Source of the DNA: an uncultured Spirochaetota bacterium
Lineage (GTDB): Bacteria > Spirochaetota > Spirochaetia > SZUA-6 > Fen-1364
Direction: 5' to 3'
Assembly: GCA_963781885.1 (NCBI GenBank)
Contig: CAWAHW010000002.1
Span: 864,001-928,000 of the forward strand
DNA length: 64,000 nucleotides
Each line of letters opens with the position of its first letter. Position 1 is the first letter of the stretch. The notes beneath the pieces were generated by a model. It had not been told where the DNA came from, ran no database searches, and worked only from the letters and a program-made list of their open reading frames with translations. Below are positions 19,707 to 30,465 of this stretch, in pieces. Position numbers and translations under genes: made by a program.

Positions 19707-22700
19707 ATGCGACAGAGCCTCAAAGTAGCGATCAGTCTCCTCGCGTCTCTCCTGCTTTTTGCCGGGTTCGCCGTCCTTGCATTCTCGGGGCTTTTCACCA
19801 TCCTCCAGGCGAGCTTCTTCCTTCCCCGGATCGAGCAGGGTTACACGGCGGAGCTGCAGACCGTCGGAGCGACGATCGACTCCTTCCAGCAGGCGAACGA
19901 GGTCCGATTCGCCGCCGTGGCGCAGAAAGATTTCGTCGCGCGCACGTTCGCCGTGACGCTGGCAAGCGACACGGTGACGGCGTGGTCGGACATGGTGCGC
20001 CAGCTCGGCATCGCCGGGGTGCGTCTGCTCGGGGCTGACGGGCGGCGTATCCTCTACAGCAGCTTCCTCGACATCGACGTGAAGCAGCGCACCGCGACGA
20101 GCATCGCCTTCAACAACTACAACGAGGACAATACCGCGATTCCCGCGGACGTGCTCCAGGCGGCTTCCCAGAAGCAGCAGGTTCTCATTGATGGGGCGCG
20201 GCAGGTATTCGTCTATCCGGTCGCCGTTGCCGCCCAGGGCGCGCCCGCGGGCGCAGGGGGCACGCTCGTCTTTTACGTGTCAGTGAAGGATCTCTTTGCC
20301 CAGCTCGTTCTTTCCCGCGGCCTGCTCGTCGACCACCTCGCGCTTGTCGGCGGTAGCGGGCTGCTCGTGAACGGTCCCGCCCTGTCGCCGGCCGTGGACG
20401 ATGCGCTTGCGACGTTGTGGGCAAAGAATCCCGGGCTTGCCTCTTTCACCGACTCGCTCGTCCTCACGGGAACGGACGGGGTCTCGACGGGATACCGCGT
20501 GTTCGCCGTCCGGCTGGCCAACGGGGGGGTGGCAAGCACCATTTATCCGAACGGCCGGTTCGAGATGACGGACCTCATGAAGGGCCTGCTGCTGGCCACG
20601 TTCTTTCTCACGGTGTTCCTGCTCGTCTACCTGCTTCTCAACCTGCGCTCCGATCCGCTGGAGGTCCTTCGACAGCGGGTGAAGCGGTTCCAGATACAGC
20701 TCATCTCCGAGCTCGTGGAGAGCCCCGGCGGCGTCGATTGGGCGAAATGGCGCCGGGAGATCGAATCGCGTCGGGATGAGATCACCTGGCAGATCCAGCG
20801 GGGCATCGGCCGGGTCTCTCGCCGGCAGAAACCGGTGATCGACGACTACATGACGAAAAGCTGGGGCGAGATCATCGACCTGATCTCGCGCCGTTCCGAG
20901 GCGCCGCCGGCACCCGCGGTGGGCGCGATGGACATCACGCGCCTCGAATCGCTCATCCGCAGCGCCCTCCAGAACGCGAGCTTCGTCCTGCCCGCCGCGG
21001 CAGTCGCGCCGGCGCGAGGATTCAAGGTGGAGGAGATCAGCGCCGCCGATGTCACCGAGGCGCCCGCGGACCGCGGCGCGCCTGCCGCGGCGGCTTCGGG
21101 CCCGGCAGGCGCGCAGTCCGAGGAGGCGGTGGAGGAGCTGGAGACCCTGGAGGAGGCCGAACCGGTCGAGGAGGCTGCGGAAGCAGGCATCGAGCCGGCT
21201 GCTGCGGCCGAGGTCATTGAGGAAGCAGAGGCAGTCGAAGAGGCCGAGGCAGTCGAGGAAGCAGAGGCAGTCGAAGAAGCGGAAGCCGTCGAGGAAGCGA
21301 AGCGTCGAGGAAGCGGAAGCAGTCGAGGAAGTTGAGGCGGTCGAAGAAACAGTCGCCGAGGCCGCGCCTGCCGAGGCTGTCGAGGGAGCGGGAGTCGAGC
21401 GAGCCGAGACGGTTGAGGAAGCAGAAGCGGTCGAGGAGGTTGAGGAAGCCGAGGCCCTTTCGGCAGAAGCTGTGGAAGAGCTCGCGCCCATGGAGGAGCC
21501 GGCGTCCCCGCGGAGCGCCGAGCCTGCAATCGGCCTGGTGCCGGAGGTGGCGACTGTCGAGGAGGGCGAAGCCGCGGAGCTCGTGGAGGAGGCCAGCCTC
21601 GAGCCCGTCGCGGAGCTGGAGGAGGTCGAGGCGGAAGCACCCGCGGCATCCTCCAGCCTTGTCGACACGATGCGGGAGATCGCCGAAGGCGTGGAAGCGC
21701 CGGGGGAGGCGGAGCTGCTCGAAGAGGCAGGCACCCCCGCGGAGCACCCGACCGCCGCGCAATCGCCGGGATCAGAGGACTCTGGAATCGCAGAGCTCGA
21801 GCTTCTCGGTGACGAGGTCGCCATTCCCGCACGTACGGCGGGGCTTCTCGCGCATGGAGCCGCGGAGACGGGCGAGCTGCCGCGTGTCCCGGCAGGGACC
21901 ATCACCGACTTCGTGCAGATCCGGATTCCCCGATCGCCGGGACCGAAAGAGCCGGCGCCCGAGCTTCTTGCACCCGTGGAAGTCATCGACACGTCGACCG
22001 AGCTCCTGGAAGAGCTGCAGCCCGTGCAGGAGATCCTGCCCCTGCCGCCGGAACCGGTCGAGGAAGGCCTGGAGCTTCTCCCCGCGGCGGAGGAGGAAGG
22101 CCGGATCCGACCGAGGGAGACAGACATGACGACGTCGGATGAGCCCGAATTGCCGGAGGCGCTCCCTCCCGATACGGACGAGCTGGGCGTGGCGGAAGAG
22201 GAACCGGGGCCTGGTGCCGGAGCCGCGTCAGCGGCAGCAGTACCGTCCCGCGCGCCTTCAGCCCCGATCCCGCCTGCCCCGCCACCGTCGGCGCCGGAGG
22301 AAAACCTCGATTTCGAAGAGCTGGAGGCGGCTGATGAGGAAGAGCTGCCGACGGCCGAGTCGGCCGAAGGCGAGTCCGACGAAGAGGCGGAGCTCGAGGC
22401 GCTTGTCGCCTCCGGTACCGTTGTGTCCTGGAGCATCGACGAGCTGCGGGCAATGGTGGACGAGGCCGGCGCGGCGATCGTGATGGAAAACGGGGTGTTT
22501 CGGATCAAGCAGGAAGTCTACACCGCCGCGGAGAAGGCCAAGGAGGGCCGCGCCGAGCAGGACTTGCGCGAGATCGTTGCGGAGGTGATACAGCACGAGG
22601 CAGGCGTGCAGGCGGCCCCTCCAGGCGCAGCCGACGACCAGCCCCTGGGGGGGATCGGGGATCTCCTGCGGGACGAGGATACCATGGATCTCTCCAAGGT

Positions 22701-23220
22701 CATTGCAACGGATAAGGCTCCGCCCGCGGAAGAGGCTTTCACCGCGGATCGTGAAAAAAGCATCCCGCTGCGGCTGAAGCGGAACGGAATCGACTACGAC
22801 GAGTTCCTTGCCTCTTATCCGCGGTCGTTCACGCACACAACGCAGATGAAATCGCTCGTCGAGGTCTCGCGGCGCGTCTCCGCCGTGAGCGCAGGGGTCT
22901 TCCTGAAGAAGGTGCAGCAGTACGCGATGGATCTCACGGTCGGCCTGAGCGACAAATCGATTCCGCTGCTCCATTTTGATTCACCCGAGCCCTTTTACAC
23001 CACCTTCCTCGTGGCGCGCAAAGCAGTTGCAATCAACAAGAATCCCACGGAGGTGCGTTTCTTGAAGAAGCTTTTCGAGGAGGAGGATCTTCGGTACATG
23101 AGACACATGCTTTTCCTGCCGGCGATCTTCCGCGGCCAGGAAGCCTATCTTTGTCTTTCGTTTTCCAGCGAAACGGAGATCGCCCCCGGGGCGCTTCTCT
23201 CCAAGTTGCTCGTTCAATAA
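19707..23220 (+). CDS. Large two-TM membrane protein with long acidic low-complexity cytoplasmic linker (frameshift at ~21300)
   Basis: ORF 19644-21335 (TM, periplasmic region, TM) continues in the EEAEAV register in ORF 21049-23220; one 18-nt repeat unit is 16 nt. Confidence 0.75.
21219..21342 (+). repeat. Seven 18-nt coding tandem repeats (EEAEAV)
   Basis: GAGGAAGCAGAGGCAGTC-type units; fifth unit (21291-21306) lacks 2 nt. Confidence 0.9.
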
Positions 23221-23276
23221 ATCCCTTCGCGCAAGAAAAATAGACAACTGCTTCAAGAAACGGCAAAGCGTTTCCC

Positions 23277-23305
23277 TTGACAAAGCAAACATTCTCATCT
23301 AAGCT
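23277..23305 (+). promoter_or_regulatory. sigma70-type promoter of rny operon
   Basis: TTGACA-N17-TAAGCT in an AT-rich gap; GGAGG RBS downstream. Confidence 0.7.
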
Positions 23306-23340
23306 ATCAATGATTATTCGAGCGTAGGTGGAGGAATGAA

Positions 23341-24870
23341 ATGAGCACATTAATGTACTTCATTCTTCCTCTTGCCGCTGCTATTCTAGGTTGGTTAATT
23401 CGATGGCTGTTTGCACGATTTCAGCTTTCGTCGGCCGAGCAAAAGGCGTCGCGCATTGTCAGCGAGGCCCTGAGAGAAGCGGAAGCGAAGAAGAAAGAGG
23501 CGATACTTGAGAGCAAGGACCAGTTGTTGCGGGAGCGCAATCAGCTGGAAAAGGAGACACGTGAGCGCCGGATCGAGCTCCAGCGCGTCGAGCGACGCCT
23601 CCTTCAGAAGGAAGAGAACCTAGAAAAACGCGTTGAGTCTCTTGAAAAGCAAGAGAAGACGATCAGCAGCCGTGAGAGGGAAGCCGTCGAGAAAGAGGCG
23701 GCGCTGCAGCAGGAAGGCGAGCGGGTAGCCGCGGAATTGGAAAGGGTCTCGGGCCTGAGCCGGGCGGAAGCAAAGAAGATGCTCGTCCAGAGCCTGGAGA
23801 ATGAGGCGCGGCACGACGCCCAGGTCACGATCAATCTCATCGAGCAGGAAGCGCGTCTGGCTGCCGACAAGAAGGCGCGCGACATCCTCATCACGACCAT
23901 CCAGAGGCTCGCCACGGACGTCGCCTCCGAAGTGACCGTGACCACCGTGAGCCTGCCCAACGACGAGATGAAGGGCAGGATCATCGGCCGGGAAGGCCGC
24001 AACATCCGCACCCTGGAGACGCTGACCGGCGTCGACATCATCATCGACGACACACCCGAGGCGGTGGTCATCTCGTGCTTCGATCCGATCCGACGGGAGA
24101 TCGCGAAGACGGCCCTCAGCCGCCTCATCTCCGACGGGCGGATCCATCCGGCCCGCATCGAAGAGATCGTGCAGAAGGTCACCAAGGAGATCGCGCAGAC
24201 CATCTATGAAGAAGGCGAGCGCGTCCTTTTCGAGGTGGGCATCCACACGATGAGCCCCGAGGCCATCCGGACCCTCGGCCGCCTGCACTATCGCACGAGC
24301 TACGGTCAGAACGTGCTGGCCCATTCCAAGGAGGTCGCCCTCATTGCGGGCATGATCGCCTCCGAGGTGGGAGGCAACGTCGAGCTTGCCAAGCGCGCGG
24401 CGCTCCTGCACGACATCGGCAAGGGCGTGGAGGCCGATGGTGACGGCAACCACATCGAGGTCGGGGTCGATCTTGCCCGCCGGCTCGGCGAGGATCCGAA
24501 GGTCCTCAATGCAATCGGCGCGCACCACGGCGACGTGGAGCCCGAGACCGTGGAGGCCGTGATCGTGCAGATCGCGGATGCGATCTCGGCGGCGCGCCCC
24601 GGCGCGCGCAAGGAGACCCTTGACAACTACCTGAAGCGCCTGGAGAACCTCGAGTCAATCGCGGAGGACTTCGACGGGGTGGACAAGGCGTACGCCATCC
24701 AGGCGGGCCGCGAGCTGCGCATCCTCGTGAACAATGAGAAGATCACGGATGACGCGGCGAAGGAGCTTGCGAAGAATGTCGCCAAGCGCATCGAGAGCGA
24801 GCTGAAGTATCCGGGCCGGATCAAGGTGACGATCATCCGCGAGATGCGCGTCATCGAGTACGCCCGCTAG
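23341..24870 (+). CDS. rny: Ribonuclease Y
   Basis: N-terminal TM, coiled coil, KH ([13 protein letters not shown]), HD (LLHDIGK), YAIQAGRE. Confidence 0.98.
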   Translation: MSTLMYFILPLAAAILGWLIRWLFARFQLSSAEQKASRIVSEALREAEAKKKEAILESKDQLLRERNQLEKETRERRIELQRVERRLLQKEENLEKRVESLEKQEKTISSREREAVEKEAALQQEGERVAAELERVSGLSRAEAKKMLVQSLENEARHDAQVTINLIEQEARLAADKKARDILITTIQRLATDVASEVTVTTVSLPNDEMKGRIIGREGRNIRTLETLTGVDIIIDDTPEAVVISCFDPIRREIAKTALSRLISDGRIHPARIEEIVQKVTKEIAQTIYEEGERVLFEVGIHTMSPEAIRTLGRLHYRTSYGQNVLAHSKEVALIAGMIASEVGGNVELAKRAALLHDIGKGVEADGDGNHIEVGVDLARRLGEDPKVLNAIGAHHGDVEPETVEAVIVQIADAISAARPGARKETLDNYLKRLENLESIAEDFDGVDKAYAIQAGRELRILVNNEKITDDAAKELAKNVAKRIESELKYPGRIKVTIIREMRVIEYAR

Positions 24871-24879
24871 GCCGGACAG

Positions 24880-25686
24880 ATGCACGCACTGAGGGCCCTC
24901 ATCCTGGGTGACATCGTCGGTCAGCCCGGATGCAGGGCCCTTTTCGTCGGCCTGCCGGACCTCGCGCACCGCCTGGCGGCGGACATCGTGATCGCCAACG
25001 GGGAGAATGCTGCGGACGGCTTCGGCCTCACGCCCGACATCGCGGAGAGGATGAAGGCTTCCGGCGTGCACGTCATCACGACGGGCAACCACATCTGGCA
25101 GAAACGGGAGATCTACCCGCTCCTTGCGACGAGCGATACACTCCTGCGCCCCGAGAACTATCCGGTGATCCCGGGAGCGGGCGCCATCCCGGGCAAGGGC
25201 CATTGCATCGTCACCGTCCGCGACATCCCCGTCCTCGTCATCAATCTCGAAGGCCGCGTGAACCTGTCCCCGCTGCGCGATCCGATGCAGGTGGGCAAGG
25301 CGCTCGTGAAGCAGTTCCGCTCGAAGGTGAAGGCGGTCATCGTCGATTTCCACGCGGAATCGGTGGATGAGAAGGAGGCGCTCGGGCTCTTCCTCGATGG
25401 CGACGTCTCGGCGGTCATCGGCACGCACACGCACGTGCAGACAGCCGACGAGCGCATCATGCCCGGCGGCACCGCCTACATCACGGACATCGGGATGACG
25501 GGCCCCGTCGACAGCGTCATCGGAATGAAAAAGGAGACCGCAATCAGCCGCAGCCTCACGCAGATGCCCCTGAAGCTGGAAGTCCAGAACTCGCCGGCGG
25601 AGATCCAGGGCGTCCTGATCTCGATCGACGTCACAACGGGGAAAGCGATCTCGATCGAACGGGTGCGCCAGCTTTCCGCCGTCTAG
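24880..25686 (+). CDS. ymdB: YmdB/TIGR00282 family metallophosphoesterase
   Basis: GDIVG, NGEN, GNH, DFHAE, GTHTH, TDIGMTG; follows rny. Confidence 0.93.
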   Translation: MHALRALILGDIVGQPGCRALFVGLPDLAHRLAADIVIANGENAADGFGLTPDIAERMKASGVHVITTGNHIWQKREIYPLLATSDTLLRPENYPVIPGAGAIPGKGHCIVTVRDIPVLVINLEGRVNLSPLRDPMQVGKALVKQFRSKVKAVIVDFHAESVDEKEALGLFLDGDVSAVIGTHTHVQTADERIMPGGTAYITDIGMTGPVDSVIGMKKETAISRSLTQMPLKLEVQNSPAEIQGVLISIDVTTGKAISIERVRQLSAV

Positions 25687-26472
25687 ATGCCCTCGGCCCG
25701 CGTCGCTCTGCTTGACCTCCTGAAATTGCTTCATCCCGCGCGCGATGAGAAGGAGCTTTTCTCCACGATCCTCCGCGGCGGCGTGACCGTTGACGGCCAG
25801 AAGGTGGTGAAACCGGGAACGCGCGTCGACCCGGACGCCCGCATCGAGATGCGTGACGGCGCTCCATTCGTTTCCCGCGGCGGGGAGAAGCTCACGCACG
25901 CGCTGGACGCGTGGGGTGTCGCCTGTTCCGGGACGACCTGGATCGACGCCGGCTGCTCCACGGGCGGCTTCACCGACTGCCTCCTCCAGAAAGGCGCATC
26001 GCTGGTCTACGCGGTGGACGTCGGCGTGGGCCAGCTCGACTGGAAGCTGCGCGGGGACGCGCGCGTGCGTGTGATGGAAGGAACGAACATCATGGCGGTG
26101 AGCCGCGCGGACCTGGATCCCGTGCCGATGCGGGCGGTCGCCGACCTCTCTTTCCGGTCCTTGAAGGGCGCCGCGCGCCACATCCTCGGGCTCTGCGCGG
26201 AAGGGTGGGGGATATTCCTTGCAAAGCCGCAGTTCGAGCTGCGCGACCCGGGCCCTGACTTTCACGGCGTCGTGCGGGAGGGCAGCGCGCAGCGGGACAT
26301 CCTTGCCTCCCTGCTTGAAAGCCTGTCAGCGGAAGGCGTCTGCGCGCAGCGCGCGTGCATCTCGCCGCTTGCCGGAAGGAAGGGCAACCGCGAGTTCCTG
26401 CTCTTGCTTCGGGACGGGGGAGGGGAGAAGACGGACGTCGAATCGCTCCTGAACGGCCTATCCCTGGAATGA
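25687..26472 (+). CDS. tlyA: TlyA family rRNA methyltransferase (S4 + FtsJ-like domain)
   Basis: FVSRGGEKL, DAGCSTGGFTD, AVDVG, KPQFE, GNREF. Confidence 0.95.
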   Translation: MPSARVALLDLLKLLHPARDEKELFSTILRGGVTVDGQKVVKPGTRVDPDARIEMRDGAPFVSRGGEKLTHALDAWGVACSGTTWIDAGCSTGGFTDCLLQKGASLVYAVDVGVGQLDWKLRGDARVRVMEGTNIMAVSRADLDPVPMRAVADLSFRSLKGAARHILGLCAEGWGIFLAKPQFELRDPGPDFHGVVREGSAQRDILASLLESLSAEGVCAQRACISPLAGRKGNREFLLLLRDGGGEKTDVESLLNGLSLE

Positions 26473-27210
26473 GGCGCGCGTGAGGGGACCGTCGATCCGC
26501 ATGCCCTCGCTGCCGAGGTATTGCACGACCTTGCCGTCGATCCTGATCTGCACCGCTTTCACCGACGGGAACTCCGTTGCCGCGTAGACGACCTGCCGCA
26601 GCTGCGCGTTCAGCGCCTCGATGCCCTGCGCGTTGAACCGGAAGCTCTCGCTGAAATCCATGACCGCCGTGTCGCCCTGCATGACCACGCTGAGAAGGCG
26701 CGCATCGGTCGGGATCATCGAGACGAACCCGAGGTTGAGCTCCTGCGGCGTCGGGCCTTTCAGGAGGCTGTCGATCGTGTCGTGGAGCGGGGAGTCGCTG
26801 GCGGGAATCGAACGGATGACGCTCTTGAGCGAAAGCTTCCCGGTGTCGTCCACGGAGGCGAAATACAGCCGCGCCTTGCGGAAGGTCGGCCTGGTGGCGG
26901 CAGCCGGCGCGGCGGTCGCGGGCGACGTGACGGGAGACGTCGCGGAAGGACCGGTCGCGGGTTCCGACCCAGTGGTCGGCTTCTGCTCGGCAGGGGAGAG
27001 CGGGGCAACAGTGACCTTCGGCGCCGGAGGCTTCCTTGCCGCGGCGGGCGCCGGCCTGCCCGTCACCTGGGCGAAAGCCGCCTTCAAGGGATCGCGCGCG
27101 GCGATTGCGACTGCCACGACCACGAGGGCCAGGCACAGCCAGAAGAGGATGCCCGCTCCGCGGTGCCGCGGGGGGCTGGATTTTTTCCGAGAGCCGGACT
27201 TGGTGGCCAT
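26458..27210 (-). CDS. Membrane-anchored GerMN domain protein
   Basis: Basic N-terminus, one TM, Pro/Ala linker, LYF...LLKGPT..E...SMIP...DFS...T.F..V..VQI.IDG. Confidence 0.8.
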   Translation of the reverse strand: MATKSGSRKKSSPPRHRGAGILFWLCLALVVVAVAIAARDPLKAAFAQVTGRPAPAAARKPPAPKVTVAPLSPAEQKPTTGSEPATGPSATSPVTSPATAAPAAATRPTFRKARLYFASVDDTGKLSLKSVIRSIPASDSPLHDTIDSLLKGPTPQELNLGFVSMIPTDARLLSVVMQGDTAVMDFSESFRFNAQGIEALNAQLRQVVYAATEFPSVKAVQIRIDGKVVQYLGSEGMRIDGPLTRASFQG

Positions 27211-27309
27211 GGCGTCATTCCAATGATCGGCAGAACGTCTCGTGAGCCGAAGAGCCGAAGCGCGGCGGGCTGTACCTTGAGGCCGACTTCCCGCTATACT
27301 CGGGCCCGC

Positions 27310-29030
27310 ATGATGGAGCTCGCGGGAATCAGTGCTTCCCCCGGCATTGCGCGGGGCAAGGCCTTCCTGTTCCTGGAAGACAGGCTCTCCGTCCCCCGTT
27401 ACGACATCACGGCCTTGCAGGTCGACGCCGAGTACGACCGTTTCCTTTCCGCGCTCGACGCGGCCGCGGCCGAGGTGAAGCGTCTCGTCGCGGGGCGGGA
27501 CGGCGCGCTCTTCGAGGCCCAGCTCCTCATGTTCGAAGACCCCGAGCTCAAGGACCGGGTGCACGCGCTGCTGGGCGAGACGCGGCGCAACGTCGAGTGG
27601 GTCTTTCTCCAGATCCTGGATGAGATGAGCGGCAAGCTCGCCAAGGCGGACAGCCAGTACCTGCGGGAGCGCACGGTGGACTTCGCCGATGCCGGCAACC
27701 GCATCCTGGGCGCGCTCATGGCCCGGACCCGCATCCGCCTGAGCGACATTCGCGAGCCCGTCGTCCTTGTCACCCGCACCCTCATGCCGTCCGACACCCT
27801 GGGGCTCGACCGCGCCTACATCCTGGGCATCGCCGCCGACGGGGGGGAAAGACGTCGCACACGGCCATCCTCGCGCGCGCGAACGAGATACCCGCCGTGC
27901 TCGGTCTGTCCGACATCAGCCGCTGCGTGCACGCCGGCGACGAGATCATCGTGGACGGCAACACGGGCACCGTGATCGTCAATCCCGACGACGCCACCCG
28001 CGCGCGCTACGAGACGCGGCGGAGCGAGTGGGAGCGAAAGTACGTCATGCTGAAAGAGCAGCGCGACCTGCCGGCGGAGACCCGGGACGGGAAGCTGCTC
28101 TCCATCGAAGCGAACATCGAGACTCCCGACGAGGCTGAATCGGTGCGCGCGCACGGCGCCGACGGCATCGGCCTGTTCCGCTCGGAGTTCCTTTTCATCC
28201 AGCCGGGACGCTTCCCGTCGGAGGAAGAGCAGCTGGCCGCGTATTCCACCGTTCTCTCCGCCATGAAGGGCAGGAGCGTGACGATCAGGACGCTGGACCT
28301 CGGCGGCGACAAGGTGATGCCCGGGGTCCATCTTTCGGCGGACGACAACCCGCTCCTGGGATGGCGCGCCATACGGTTCTGCCTCGCCCGCCCGGAGGTG
28401 CTCCGCACGCAGCTGCGCGCCCTGCTGCGCGCCTCGGTGCACGGAACGCTTCGCATCATGTTCCCGCTCATCTCCGGCACGGCGGAGCTGGACGCCATCG
28501 ACCAGGTCATGCGAGAGGTGAAGGCGGAGCTCACCCGCGACGGCCATCCCTTCCGGGAGGACGTGCCCGTCGGGATCATGATCGAGGTTCCCTCGGCCGC
28601 CCTCACGTCCGACATCCTCGCCCAGCGCTCCGATTTCTTCTCCATCGGGACGAACGATCTCATCCAGTACACCCTCGCGGTGGACAGGGGCAATGAGAAG
28701 GTGGCCTACCTGTATGAGCCGTTTCATCCCGGCGTGCTGCGTCTCATCCGCATGACCATCGAAAACGCGCGGGCGCGCGGCATCCCCGTCGGCATGTGCG
28801 GCGAGCTTGCCGGCGATCCGCTTGCCACTGTCGTGCTGCTCGGGCTCGGGCTGGACAGCTTCTCCATGGGTCCCATCGGCATCCCCCTCATCAAGCGCAT
28901 CGTGCGCTCCGTGGGGATCATGGAAGCCGAGGAGCTCGTGCGCTGCCTCATGCCGATGCGCGAAAGCCGCGAGATCGAGCAGGCCGTGCATGCCTGGATG
29001 GAGGAGCATCTTGACTTCTTCTCGTGGTGA
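27310..29030 (+). CDS. ptsI: PEP-protein phosphotransferase, PTS Enzyme I (frameshift in G7 run at 27841-27847)
   Basis: GISASPGIA; restoring one G gives GGKTSHTAILAR; GIGLFRSEF, GIMIEVP, FSIGTNDL, MCGE. Confidence 0.93.
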
Positions 29031-30465
29031 GCGCGTCCCCCGAACGCCGCGCGCACCGGCGCAGAGGGTCGCGCGCGCGGCCCCGCCTGCGGTGCGTGAC
29101 GCCCCGCCGCGCCGGGTGGCGATCCTGGGCAGGCCGAATGTCGGCAAGTCGACGCTCTTCAACGCGCTCCTGGGCCGGAGGCGCGCCATCACGCACTCCA
29201 CGCCGGGCGTGACCCGCGACCCCGTGGAGGCAGAGTGCGCGATGGGCGGCAGCCGCGTGCTTCTCATCGATACGGGCGGCTATTCCACGGGTGGCGAGGC
29301 GCTGGACAACGAGGTACGGCTGCGCGCGCTCCGCACGGCGCGGGAGTCGGACCTCATCCTCCTGGTCATCGACGCCGCGGAGAGCTCTCCCCTGGACGAA
29401 GAGTTCATTCGCATTATGCGGCCCTTCTCCTCCAAGCTCCTGCTGGTCGTGAACAAGGTGGACACCCCGGACCGGGAGACGCTCGTATGGAACGCGCACG
29501 TTCACGGCTTTCCGAATGTGCTCGGCGTTTCCGCGGCGCACGCGCGCAGCCTCGAGAGGCTGAAGGAAACGGCGGCATCGATGATGGAGGGGCTTGCGGC
29601 CCGGGATGCCACGCCTGCGCCCGGGCCGCCCGCCGCGGCGCGCCCCGCGCGCCCGCCGGGGGCCGATGCCATCCGCGTCGCCATCGTCGGCAAGCCGAAT
29701 ACCGGCAAGTCGAGCCTCGCCAACCGGCTCACCGGCTCGGAGGGCTCCATCGTGTCGCCGATACCGGGAACCACCCGCGACGTGGTGGAAGGCATTTTCC
29801 AGCACGACGGAAAGACGTTCCGCATCCTCGACACGGCGGGGATACGACGCAAGAGCAGGGTCAAGGATCCGATCGAATACTATTCCGTGAATCGCGCCAT
29901 CGAGAGCATCGCGCACGCCAACCTTGTCTTTCTCACCATCGATGCCCGGGAAGGGATCGTCGACCAGGACAAGAAGATCGCCGCCCAGGCGGTCAAGGAG
30001 GGCCGGGGCATCGTCGTCGTGCTGGGAAAGTGGGACCTCCTGAAAGACACACCCGGCCTGCGCGAGGAGGCGAGTGAGAACGTGCGGTTCCAGTTTCCCG
30101 TCATCGGCTTCGCGCCCATCGTGCCCGTCTCCGCGCTCACCGGCTACGGCATGCACGGCCTCCTGGACACGGCACAGGAGGTCTGGCGCCAGCTCCATCT
30201 GCGCGTCGGCACGGGGAAACTGAACCAGGCGCTGGAGTCGTGGGTGGAGCATTACCGGCTGCCGGTCCGCGGGAAGAATTACAAGATACGGTTCGTCACG
30301 CAGGTGAGCGCGAATCCGGTGCGTTTCGTCGCGTTCGTCAACCGCCTGGCCGGCTTCCCCAAGGGGTACGGCCAGTACCTTGAAAACTGCATCCGCAGGG
30401 ACCTGGGCTTCACGATGGTGCCGGTGTCCATCGAGTTCACGCAGAGCAAGAAGACGGCGCGATGA
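29011..30465 (+). CDS. der: Ribosome biogenesis GTPase Der/EngA (start uncertain: TTG 29011 or GTG 29092)
   Basis: Two G domains: GRPNVGKS/DTGG/NKVD and GKPNTGKS/DTAG. Confidence 0.96.
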   Translation: MTSSRGERVPRTPRAPAQRVARAAPPAVRDAPPRRVAILGRPNVGKSTLFNALLGRRRAITHSTPGVTRDPVEAECAMGGSRVLLIDTGGYSTGGEALDNEVRLRALRTARESDLILLVIDAAESSPLDEEFIRIMRPFSSKLLLVVNKVDTPDRETLVWNAHVHGFPNVLGVSAAHARSLERLKETAASMMEGLAARDATPAPGPPAAARPARPPGADAIRVAIVGKPNTGKSSLANRLTGSEGSIVSPIPGTTRDVVEGIFQHDGKTFRILDTAGIRRKSRVKDPIEYYSVNRAIESIAHANLVFLTIDAREGIVDQDKKIAAQAVKEGRGIVVVLGKWDLLKDTPGLREEASENVRFQFPVIGFAPIVPVSALTGYGMHGLLDTAQEVWRQLHLRVGTGKLNQALESWVEHYRLPVRGKNYKIRFVTQVSANPVRFVAFVNRLAGFPKGYGQYLENCIRRDLGFTMVPVSIEFTQSKKTAR

